NCBI GenBank assembly: GCA_016432445.1
Contig: CP066689.1
Span: 450,001-482,000 of the forward strand
Length of the DNA: 32,000 bases
Source: Candidatus Saccharimonadota bacterium
GTDB lineage: Bacteria; Patescibacteriota; Microgenomatia; UBA1406; GWC2-37-13
Reading direction: 5' to 3'
The position numbers and the translations under genes are program-made. The stretch's first letter is position 1, and every line of letters starts with the position of its first letter. The notes below the pieces were generated by a model that did no database searches, was not told the origin of the DNA, and saw only the letters and a program-made list of their open reading frames with translations. Positions 1 through 7,343 of the stretch are shown here, piece after piece.

Positions 1-39
1 ATATTTAAATCGAACAGGGATAATAATTCAATATGTATT

Positions 40-67
40 GTAGGGACAGGTCGCGACCTGTCCTTAC
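40..67. repeat. GC-rich palindrome. GGACAGGTCG|CGACCTGTCC is perfect over 44-63 and extends to 40-67 with one G.T pair. It begins with GTAG. Probable hairpin just downstream of the guaA stop.
   Basis: Read directly: gtagGGACAGGTCGCGACCTGTCCttac. Strongly GC-rich in AT-rich flanks. No clear U-tract on either strand. Confidence 0.6.
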
Positions 68-132
68 AATAATTTGAGATTTCTTTTAATTTTGAAGGAT
101 TATGAGTGGCGATAAGAAGAGTGTTCATTGGA

Positions 133-1695
133 TTATTCCCATTCCATTGTTGCCGGAGGTTTATTAGTAATATCATAAACCACGCGGTTAACTTCACGCA
201 CTTCGTTAACAATTCTTGTGCTGATTTTGTCAATAAGATCATAAGGAAGCCGCGCCCAGTGAGCTGACATAGCATCCTTGGCATCAATTACTCTTATGGC
301 GATAGTTTCTCCGTAGACCCGGTTGTCACCTCTAACTCCAGTTGTTTTAATGCCGGTAAAGACGGCGAAAGCTTGCCAAAGTTTATTGGTTAATTTTTCT
401 TTTTCAATTTCTTGGCTTATGATAGCATCAGCCTTTTTTAAAATTTTCAATTTTTTTTCGGTTACCTCGCCTATTATTCTTATTGCCAGTCCAGGACCTG
501 GAAAAGGCTGACGGAGATTAATTTCTTCAGGAAGATTTAATACATTACCAATTATCCTTACTTCGTCTTTATAAAATGCGCGTAAAGGTTCAACTAATGT
601 AAGCTTCATATTTTTAGGTAGTCCGCCTACATTGTGATGGCTCTTTATTTTTTGACTATGCTTGCCAGCGTCCCCCTTCGCTAAAGCTTCGGAGGGACTC
701 CGCGATGCTCCGCTTTCTATGACATCAGGATAAATTGTTCCTTGGATAAAATATTTGGCGCCCACTTTTTTGGCTTCTTTTTCAAAAACTTGGATAAAAG
801 TTTTACCGATAATTTTTCTTTTCCGTTCAGGATCAGTTACGCCTTTTAGATTTTTAAGGAAGATATTTTTAGCGTTGACGATTTTAACATTCATATGATA
901 ATGTTCTTTGAAAGTTTTTCTTAATGATGCAGTTTCATTAAGTCTCATCAGACCTGAGTCAATATAAATTGAAGTTAAGTTTTTACCAATAGCTTTATGA
1001 ACCAGTAAAGATGAAATTGAAGAATCAACTCCTCCAGATAAAGCGCTAATTGCTATTCCATCTTTAATAGAATCTTTTATATCCGCGATTAAGTTATTTA
1101 CAAACTCTTGATCAATGGTTTGTTTTTTAATTGAAATATTACAAATTGTCAGAAAATTTTTCAAAATTTGCTCTCCAAATTGGGTGTGAATAACTTCGGG
1201 GTGAAATTGGACTCCATAAATTTTTCTTTTTTCGCAAGCAATTGCCGCGCAAGGAATAGTTAAAGTTTTTGCACTAATTTCAAAACCTAATGGTAGGGTA
1301 ACAACTTCATCTCCATGTGACATCCAGACACTAAAAGTTTCAGGGGTTGAGAGTAAAAGGGTTGAGGGTTTTATAATTTTTAATTCTGCTGGGCCGTATT
1401 CTTTTCTTTTACCAGGAATAACTTCGCCTCCTAATAATTGAGCGATGAGTTGCTGTCCATAACATATGCCAAGCACTGGGATTCCAACATCAAATATTTT
1501 TTTATCAATTGTTGGGTCATCTTTTTGGTAAACACTTCCTGGTCCTCCTGAGAGGATAATTCCCTTACATGAGGAGTGATTAATTTTTTTAAGAGCTTCT
1601 TCAGGCTCAATGATAATTGATTTGGCGCCAAGCTCTCTTAATCTTCTTGAGATAAGGTGAGTAGTCTGCGATCCGAAGTCAATAATTAATATCAT
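133..1695 (-). CDS. guaA: GMP synthase (glutamine-hydrolysing)
   Basis: The 520-aa ORF has an N-terminal class-I amidotransferase region (ILSGGPGSV, GICYG, HPEV), an ATP-PPase SGGVDSS loop and the C-terminal KSHHNVGGLP dimerisation block. Its start overlaps the lysS stop by 4 nt. Confidence 0.95.
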   Translation of the reverse strand: MILIIDFGSQTTHLISRRLRELGAKSIIIEPEEALKKINHSSCKGIILSGGPGSVYQKDDPTIDKKIFDVGIPVLGICYGQQLIAQLLGGEVIPGKRKEYGPAELKIIKPSTLLLSTPETFSVWMSHGDEVVTLPLGFEISAKTLTIPCAAIACEKRKIYGVQFHPEVIHTQFGEQILKNFLTICNISIKKQTIDQEFVNNLIADIKDSIKDGIAISALSGGVDSSISSLLVHKAIGKNLTSIYIDSGLMRLNETASLRKTFKEHYHMNVKIVNAKNIFLKNLKGVTDPERKRKIIGKTFIQVFEKEAKKVGAKYFIQGTIYPDVIESGASRSPSEALAKGDAGKHSQKIKSHHNVGGLPKNMKLTLVEPLRAFYKDEVRIIGNVLNLPEEINLRQPFPGPGLAIRIIGEVTEKKLKILKKADAIISQEIEKEKLTNKLWQAFAVFTGIKTTGVRGDNRVYGETIAIRVIDAKDAMSAHWARLPYDLIDKISTRIVNEVREVNRVVYDITNKPPATMEWE

Positions 1696-4028
1696 ATAGC
1701 TGTTACAATGCCTGCCATCTCTACTTTACCTCCGCAATATTTTTGAATAATCTCAATAGTCTCTTTTAAATTTTTTTCAACGTAAGATCGATCAATCCCG
1801 TAAACGCCGTCAATATTAACCAATAAGTTTTTTGTATTTTCAGTAACAGCTGTTCTTTGAGCATCACGATAATTAAAGTCAATATTATATCCGCCTTGCT
1901 GGTCAAAGTAGGCAGCTTCTCCTTTTTTATATTGAGTTGGTTCTTTATCTCCTAAAAGCAAAATTTCTTCGCCTGTCTTGGCAAAGCGAAGTTCTGTTGG
2001 AAAAATGATTTTATCAAGGTCAAAAGCGCCAGAGGAGACACGGTTTTTCATAACTACAAGATTGTAAGCATCAACACAAGTATTAATCTGGTAAAGACCT
2101 TTTTTTTGAGCTATTCTTCTAAGTAGAGCTTCAGGTGAAGGCCGGCGGGAGTGCCAGTCTATTCCAGTTTCTTTATAAATTCTGCGATAACTTTGTATTT
2201 CCGGATAAGAACTAATAATATCGTTAGTCAGTGAACTTTGAGAATCAATAAATTTTTTAATTTCTTTCTCAAGCTCAGGATTATTTTTAGAGATATTGAC
2301 ATTTTTAATGATGGCAATGCCGATTATGACCGAAGGAAATTTTTCGGCAAAGTTCGGGTTAATTGAAAATATTTTTTTATCTATTAAGTTAGAAAATAAG
2401 CTTTTATTTTTTGAGGTGCGAGAATCATCACTTTTTTTATTTTCAGCTTCTCTTAACCTTTTGATTACTTTATCTAGCCCAAAGTTCAAAATCAGGTCAG
2501 CAGCTTTTGGACCAGCATCGCGTCCAATAAGCAGTTTATAAAAAACGCTAAAAACTTCTTTCGGTTGAAAATTATTTTGCTTTAAAGTCTCGAAAACCAC
2601 TTGCTGAATATCGTCTCTAGTTTCTGGTTTCCTATTTTCTAGATTATCAGTTAAATTTTGCATAAATTTTTTCTGGTTTTCCGTTGGTGTAAAATCTTCA
2701 GGAATTTTTTCGATAAACTCAATTTTTTCTTCGGCTAAAGCATAATCTTTAAGATATATTTGAGCATAAGTTATTCTCTCGTCAACCATTTCTTTTTCTT
2801 CTGATGTTAAAGGCGATCCTTTTTGTTTTTCAAAAAAATCAGGGATATCAACTTGTGTTTTAATCAAATTGACGACTGTTCTAAACCTTGGGATAAATAG
2901 TCTTTTTTTAGGTAAAGGTTTTACTTGAGATAATTCAATAATCCGTGCAAAATCCTCAAGTACTTCTCCTGGTTTTCCATCAGGAATTTTTTCTTCTAAT
3001 TTATCAAAATAGGCATTTAAACAACGGTCATAGTCGTCAAAAAGATTAGGGATAGTATCACCGTTTGGATTAAAATCTACAGCAGTTCCGATGGGAGTTC
3101 TTACGATTAAAAATCTCAAGACATCGGCCGGAAGTATTTGTGATACTTCAAAAGCTGATGTGCCTACTCCTTTTGATGAAGACATTTTTTTTCCACCAAT
3201 GATAAACCATTCATAGGGAAGAGGATAAACTGGTGGATAGTTAAAAACTTCTTCGCAAAGAGCTTTGGCGACATCAAAAGATCCGCCTGATGACATATGG
3301 TCTTTTCCTGCGCCTTCTATAGTAATACCAGTAACTTTCCAAAGCGCTGGCCAGTCAACTTTCCAGTGAAGTTTGCCATTACCATTAAAAGGTGAAATTT
3401 TTCCTTCATGTTCGCAGCCTTTTGCCCATGCAACCATTTGCGGTAAGCATTTATAATAAACAAATTCTCCATCCCATTTATAAACTTGAGTAGTGCCGAT
3501 CTTTCGACAATTTTCGCACACGACTTGAAAGGGATACCAATCTGCAGGTTTTTCGGCTTTGGAGATTCTTTTGTAAATTTCTCTGATTTTATCGGCATTG
3601 TTTAAAGCTTCTTTGATGACTTCATTCATTTTTCCAGCCAGAATAAGATCAGATTCCCAAATAATTTCCGGGTGACAATTGATTGATTCAAATACTTGTT
3701 TGAATTCTGATGCGTAATATTGAGCAAAGTTTTTGAATCCTTCAACAGGTGATGGGACATCGCACATTCTCATCCCGGCGTATTTTTCCCATTTATCATA
3801 ATCAAGATAAGAAGGAATGGCATCCATCGGATCAAAATCCTGAAAGACATAAGTAAAGCTAGATTTAACGTTATTTTCAAGTAGTACTTTATAAACTAAA
3901 TCATGAATGACAACACCTCTTAAAGCACCAACATGGATTCTTCCTGAAGGAGTTTTCATGTCATCAACATGTTCAAGCGTCAAGTTTCTTTCTTTTAATT
4001 TTTTAACTTCTCTATCAACCCAGATCAT
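1692..4028 (-). CDS. lysS: Class-I lysyl-tRNA synthetase with a C-terminal B3/4-type (PheRS-beta-like) domain
   Basis: The N-terminus has PSGRIHVGALRG (HIGH-like) and KMSSSKG (KMSKS-like), as in archaeal-type LysRS. The last ~215 aa carry B3/4 hallmarks: RPSPEALLRR, INTCVDAYNLV, GAFDLDKI, NYRDAQRTAVTENT. Confidence 0.85.
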   Translation of the reverse strand: MIWVDREVKKLKERNLTLEHVDDMKTPSGRIHVGALRGVVIHDLVYKVLLENNVKSSFTYVFQDFDPMDAIPSYLDYDKWEKYAGMRMCDVPSPVEGFKNFAQYYASEFKQVFESINCHPEIIWESDLILAGKMNEVIKEALNNADKIREIYKRISKAEKPADWYPFQVVCENCRKIGTTQVYKWDGEFVYYKCLPQMVAWAKGCEHEGKISPFNGNGKLHWKVDWPALWKVTGITIEGAGKDHMSSGGSFDVAKALCEEVFNYPPVYPLPYEWFIIGGKKMSSSKGVGTSAFEVSQILPADVLRFLIVRTPIGTAVDFNPNGDTIPNLFDDYDRCLNAYFDKLEEKIPDGKPGEVLEDFARIIELSQVKPLPKKRLFIPRFRTVVNLIKTQVDIPDFFEKQKGSPLTSEEKEMVDERITYAQIYLKDYALAEEKIEFIEKIPEDFTPTENQKKFMQNLTDNLENRKPETRDDIQQVVFETLKQNNFQPKEVFSVFYKLLIGRDAGPKAADLILNFGLDKVIKRLREAENKKSDDSRTSKNKSLFSNLIDKKIFSINPNFAEKFPSVIIGIAIIKNVNISKNNPELEKEIKKFIDSQSSLTNDIISSYPEIQSYRRIYKETGIDWHSRRPSPEALLRRIAQKKGLYQINTCVDAYNLVVMKNRVSSGAFDLDKIIFPTELRFAKTGEEILLLGDKEPTQYKKGEAAYFDQQGGYNIDFNYRDAQRTAVTENTKNLLVNIDGVYGIDRSYVEKNLKETIEIIQKYCGGKVEMAGIVTAI

Positions 4029-4125
4029 TTTAATAAAAAATAAATAATAAGAATTTTACAATTATTGATTATTTGTGAATAATTTGCAACAAGATATTTG
4101 ATTTATGATTCAAGATTTAAGAATA

Positions 4126-4159
4126 AAATAACTCATGAATCGTGAATCCAGAGTTATTT
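4126..4159 (-). terminator. Possible hairpin overlapping the greA stop codon: 9-bp AT-rich stem AAATAACTC/GAGTTATTT with a 16-nt loop
   Basis: The inverted repeat was read directly. On the minus strand it is followed by a moderately T-rich stretch. The stem is weak and AT-rich, so termination is speculative. Confidence 0.3.
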
Positions 4160-4612
4160 AATATTTGTGATTTTGTAGATTTTTTTTCCTGCAGGTGTTT
4201 GTACTTCCACTACTTCACCGATTTTTTTTCCAAGAAGAGATTTTCCGATTGGAGAATTTTGAGAAAGTTTCTGTTTTAAAGGATCAGCTTCAAACTCACC
4301 AACGATTAAAAACTGAGATTTCTCACCTTCGTGTTCTACCTCAACTGTATTGCCAATCTCAACCATTTGACCATGAGTATGATAATTAGTTATCTCAACA
4401 TTTTTTAAGATTGTTTCAAGCTCTAAGATTCTGCCTTCAACTAAAGCAAGTCCTTCTTTGGCTGCAGAGTATTCGCTGTTTTCTGAAAGATCACCCATAG
4501 CACGGGCTTTTTGCAGTCTTTCAACTGCCGCTGGGCGTTTCCGCTCCTTTAAATCCTGGTATTCTTTCTGCAGTTTTTCGAAACCCTCCTGTGTCAGCTG
4601 TATTTTTTTCAT
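4154..4612 (-). CDS. greA: Transcription elongation factor GreA
   Basis: 152 aa. N-terminal coiled coil with GDLSENSEYSAAKE, followed by a C-terminal globular domain typical of GreA. Confidence 0.93.
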   Translation of the reverse strand: MKKIQLTQEGFEKLQKEYQDLKERKRPAAVERLQKARAMGDLSENSEYSAAKEGLALVEGRILELETILKNVEITNYHTHGQMVEIGNTVEVEHEGEKSQFLIVGEFEADPLKQKLSQNSPIGKSLLGKKIGEVVEVQTPAGKKIYKITNIK

Positions 4613-4713
4613 AATTAATTTTCGTTATAAACTTGAGTCTGCTTATCATGGATGATAAAATATATTAAGCTAATTCTAGATTTAATATCATACTAAATTT
4701 AAGAATTGAAGTC

Positions 4714-4751
4714 AACCCCGCTCAGCGGGGTTAAGGCAAGCTTAGCTTGCC
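4714..4751. repeat. Two adjacent perfect GC-rich hairpins: AACCCCGC-TCA-GCGGGGTT (4714-4732) and GGCAAGC-TTA-GCTTGCC (4735-4751)
   Basis: Read directly. They sit 13 nt upstream of tRNA-Glu in the greA/tRNA divergent spacer. The first hairpin's 17-mer recurs at 12480-12496. Confidence 0.8.
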
Positions 4752-4763
4752 AACCTAAATAAA

Positions 4764-4837
4764 GCTGCCATCGTCTAGTGGCCTAGGACGATAGATTCTC
4801 ATTCTATAAATCGCGGGTTCGAATCCCGCTGGCAGCA
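4764..4837 (+). tRNA. tRNA-Glu (anticodon CUC), 74 nt, CCA not encoded
   Basis: Manual cloverleaf fold. Acceptor GCTGCCA/TGGCAGC, D stem GTCT/GGAC, anticodon stem ATAGA/TCTAT with loop TTCTCAT, T arm GCGGG-TTCGAAT-CCCGC, discriminator A. Confidence 0.9.
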
Positions 4838-4867
4838 CACAATTTCTTCGTCTAGATCTTTGGGATG

Positions 4868-4905
4868 CTCCAGTACACTCCCGGGGTGAATATATTTGGT
4901 ATAAT
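4868..4905 (+). promoter_or_regulatory. Conserved 21-nt motif CTCCAGTACACTCCCGGGGTG followed by an extended -10 (TGGTATAAT, 4897-4905) placed 6 nt before the ATG at 4912
   Basis: Read directly. Near-identical motif and extended -10 occur at 19871-19909. No SD is present, and the spacing implies a leaderless transcript. Confidence 0.5.
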
Positions 4906-4911
4906 ACCTCC

Positions 4912-5475
4912 ATGTCGAAAATAGAAGGAGGCCGCGCTCTAGATCCATTTTCCGTTGTCAATCCAGTCAGATTGTTATCTGATATTCCTGAGCCAAGAGA
5001 GTTAAATAATCCGGGTAAAAAAGAAGCGGAAGAATTAGTTGAGCTGATTACTCAGCGATTAAAACGTGGAGAAACGATTGTAATTAATGACGGATCATCT
5101 GATATTGTTTATGGCATTCATTCCATTAGGAAAAAGATAGAAGTAGTCGAAATCCACCGCGATTTTCCCAAAGATCAGTTAAGAATTTCTAAAAACGTAA
5201 TAAATAATTATGAAATATGCGTTGATTTTTTTGATGGAATAAAAGGTAAGGATTTATCAATTAGATTGGAAGAAATTGTAAAAAGTAAGCCTCAAAGATG
5301 TGTACTTTATGATATTAACTCAGCAGGACCAAAAAGGCCAAGATCATTTGAAATATATGCAAACAATGAAATTCTCCTAGCCAGATCATCACAAGGTTCT
5401 TTAACTTGCGCTATGGAATACAGAACTCCAGCCGTATGGTATATGAATGGAAATGCTTTTAAGAAGATGAAATAA
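4912..5475 (+). CDS. Hypothetical protein (187 aa), no recognisable motif
   Basis: Long ORF with its own promoter-like element. The first ~100 nt are noticeably GC-richer (27/60 by hand count over 4921-4980) than the rest (14/60 over 5161-5220). Confidence 0.55.
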   Translation: MSKIEGGRALDPFSVVNPVRLLSDIPEPRELNNPGKKEAEELVELITQRLKRGETIVINDGSSDIVYGIHSIRKKIEVVEIHRDFPKDQLRISKNVINNYEICVDFFDGIKGKDLSIRLEEIVKSKPQRCVLYDINSAGPKRPRSFEIYANNEILLARSSQGSLTCAMEYRTPAVWYMNGNAFKKMK

Positions 5476-5481
5476 ATTTAG

Positions 5482-6444
5482 TTACTGCCCAATAATTTTA
5501 TAAGGAAAGGGAGCGGTTGAGCCGACACCAGTCATATAATGCCCCAACATACCTTTTATTTCCATCTCCGGATATAATTTCATTCCCAATGTTGGTATTG
5601 GCAGCGGCAGTACTATTAAATTTATTCCCGGCGGGGTAGCTTTTTGTTTTTCAATAAGCCGTAATGTGCGCATTAATTGCGGTGAATGACAAACAAAAAG
5701 TATACTGTCTCCAGGTTTAATAGCGGTTGTATTTTGAGAAAGATAATCTTTCATTGCCATGACTTGATCTAAAGTGTTTGTTATCTTCGGATTATTAATG
5801 ATATCTACATTTTCAGCAGGAACGAAAGATGAAGGGTGAACCAATACTTTTCGTACGCTTTCTCCTTCTTCAGGTGTTCCTAAATATAGAAAACGTAAGC
5901 CTGATTCTTCAATACTTTTTCTTGCTTCAGGCCGCAGATTAGCCAGTTCTATATTTTTTTCACTAAGCAACTTCACTTTGCCAAAAGCTGAAAGATCGTG
6001 TCCTGTGCGTTTACCGGCAATCAAAATGCCTGCTTGAGCCACCGCATCAGCCCGGAATCTATCCATGCCCCAAGAATACAAAAATTTTTCATACTGATCA
6101 GGTTTCCGCGGATAGCGATATTTTCCAGGAGCAGAAAAGTCAACAATCAATACTATTGATTTAGCTGTATTTTCATCAATATTCCATATCTCAGGGTTTC
6201 TGGCGGCACATTCCAGCGCATAGATTTCTTTTCGAGCGGAGTCAATTATTAATTTCATTTCCTCTTCAGTTGGGTGAAGATTTTTAGGATTATTATAAAT
6301 ATCTTGAAATCTCTCATCACCTTTTGCCGATAAAAGAACATCGTCAATGGTAGGTAAATCTGAAAAGCTAAACTGGTGATCTAAAGGAGGATTGGGATCT
6401 TTTTTTAGTCCAATCATTTGGATTGCATGAGTATTTTCTATCAT
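5482..6444 (-). CDS. Hypothetical protein, possibly DUF218/YdcF-like
   Basis: 320-aa ORF. The C-terminal half resembles the DUF218 pattern (PEEGESVRKVL ... VPAENVDII ... TNTLDQ ... ILFVCHSPQLMRTLRL). The family assignment is by eye only. Confidence 0.4.
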   Translation of the reverse strand: MIENTHAIQMIGLKKDPNPPLDHQFSFSDLPTIDDVLLSAKGDERFQDIYNNPKNLHPTEEEMKLIIDSARKEIYALECAARNPEIWNIDENTAKSIVLIVDFSAPGKYRYPRKPDQYEKFLYSWGMDRFRADAVAQAGILIAGKRTGHDLSAFGKVKLLSEKNIELANLRPEARKSIEESGLRFLYLGTPEEGESVRKVLVHPSSFVPAENVDIINNPKITNTLDQVMAMKDYLSQNTTAIKPGDSILFVCHSPQLMRTLRLIEKQKATPPGINLIVLPLPIPTLGMKLYPEMEIKGMLGHYMTGVGSTAPFPYKIIGQ

Positions 6445-6451
6445 TAAGATG

Positions 6452-6460
6452 ATTTTATCA
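6452..6460 (-). promoter_or_regulatory. Extended -10 (TGATAAAAT on the minus strand) 7 nt upstream of the ATG at 6444
   Basis: Minus strand reads ttGATAAAATcatcttaATG. No SD. Confidence 0.45.
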
Positions 6461-6471
6461 AGGTTTACAAG

Positions 6472-7311
6472 TTATTGTGAAGTTTGTGTTTCGAAAAGCT
6501 TGTCGTGGTATTCCCAAAATTTTCCTTGGTCCGCCGCGCAAAGTGAGGCCTCACCTGCCTTTTGGGCGAAAGGATGGATATTAGTTAAAGGAAATTGTTT
6601 ATAGACAAATTTGACATCATTAAGATAGGTCTGCAAAATTTGTTTTACTGTTGGGTAAGCTCTGATGCAATATGGGCACTGAAAATCTGAAAATTCTACT
6701 AAAGTAACTTTAGCATTAGGAGGTCCTTTGGGAGGAAGTATTCCCAGATCAACACTTTTGGGATTTGGATTAAATGGTTTATCTGGGCTACTGCCGCAGT
6801 ATTGTTGAAGGTCAGTAGAGTAATCACTACAATTTACTGAGCCGGTTCCGTTAATTTCTTTGTCAATAATTTCTTTAAAAAATTCAAAAGGGAAAGCTCC
6901 TCCTAAAAACTTTCCATTAACAAAAAAACCCGGAGTTCCACGGACGCCAAGATTTGAACCTTGGTTAAGATCAGCAGTGAGGGCATCTTTTTTCTGTCCT
7001 TTATCTAAACATGCATTAAACTTATTTTGATCAAGTTTTAAGTTTTTTGCGTAATTTTTAAGATTATCAACGGATAAGGGAGAGGCGGCTTGATTATTTT
7101 GAATATTAGCTGTTGGCTGTTTTCCCTGTTGTTCTAAGCTTTTGACCTTAAAAAAAAGATAACCGGCAAAAAATGAAATTACAATAAGAAGGAAGATTAA
7201 AAGATTAGAAGGTCCTTTAACAGTTTTAGTTGGTGTAACAGATTCTTCAATTTCTTTTTTTAATTCTCTTGATGAGGAAACTTTTATTTTAGCAATATTT
7301 TTTGCAGGCAT
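6472..7311 (-). CDS. Membrane-anchored DsbA-family thiol:disulfide oxidoreductase with the order of its two halves apparently permuted
   Basis: TM helix at residues 36-55. GVRGTPGFFVNGK (cis-Pro region) lies at residues 122-134. FQCPYC (CxxC) lies at residues 210-215, followed by KFWEYHDKLF at the C-terminus. Confidence 0.8.
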   Translation of the reverse strand: MPAKNIAKIKVSSSRELKKEIEESVTPTKTVKGPSNLLIFLLIVISFFAGYLFFKVKSLEQQGKQPTANIQNNQAASPLSVDNLKNYAKNLKLDQNKFNACLDKGQKKDALTADLNQGSNLGVRGTPGFFVNGKFLGGAFPFEFFKEIIDKEINGTGSVNCSDYSTDLQQYCGSSPDKPFNPNPKSVDLGILPPKGPPNAKVTLVEFSDFQCPYCIRAYPTVKQILQTYLNDVKFVYKQFPLTNIHPFAQKAGEASLCAADQGKFWEYHDKLFETQTSQ

Positions 7312-7343
7312 AGAGAAAAATATAAAATATTATTGACGATTTG

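Noticed and set aside
4029-4153. T-box or other leader upstream of lysS, and a glmS ribozyme upstream of glmS (25286-25305)
   Set aside because: The lysS upstream spacer is ~125 nt of AT-rich sequence with no specifier or T-box-like conserved blocks that I could see. The glmS upstream spacer is only 20 nt, far too short for the ribozyme.
4755-4961. 68-aa minus-strand ORF spanning the tRNA-Glu gene
   Set aside because: It is the reverse complement of a well-folding tRNA and of the promoter region of the 4912 ORF, so it is a translation artefact.
4838-6471. tRNA-Glu-adjacent genes as an integrated genomic island
   Set aside because: I found no direct repeat of the tRNA 3' end (TTCGAATCCCGC...) downstream and no integrase. 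Only the first ~100 nt of the 4912 ORF are compositionally unusual.
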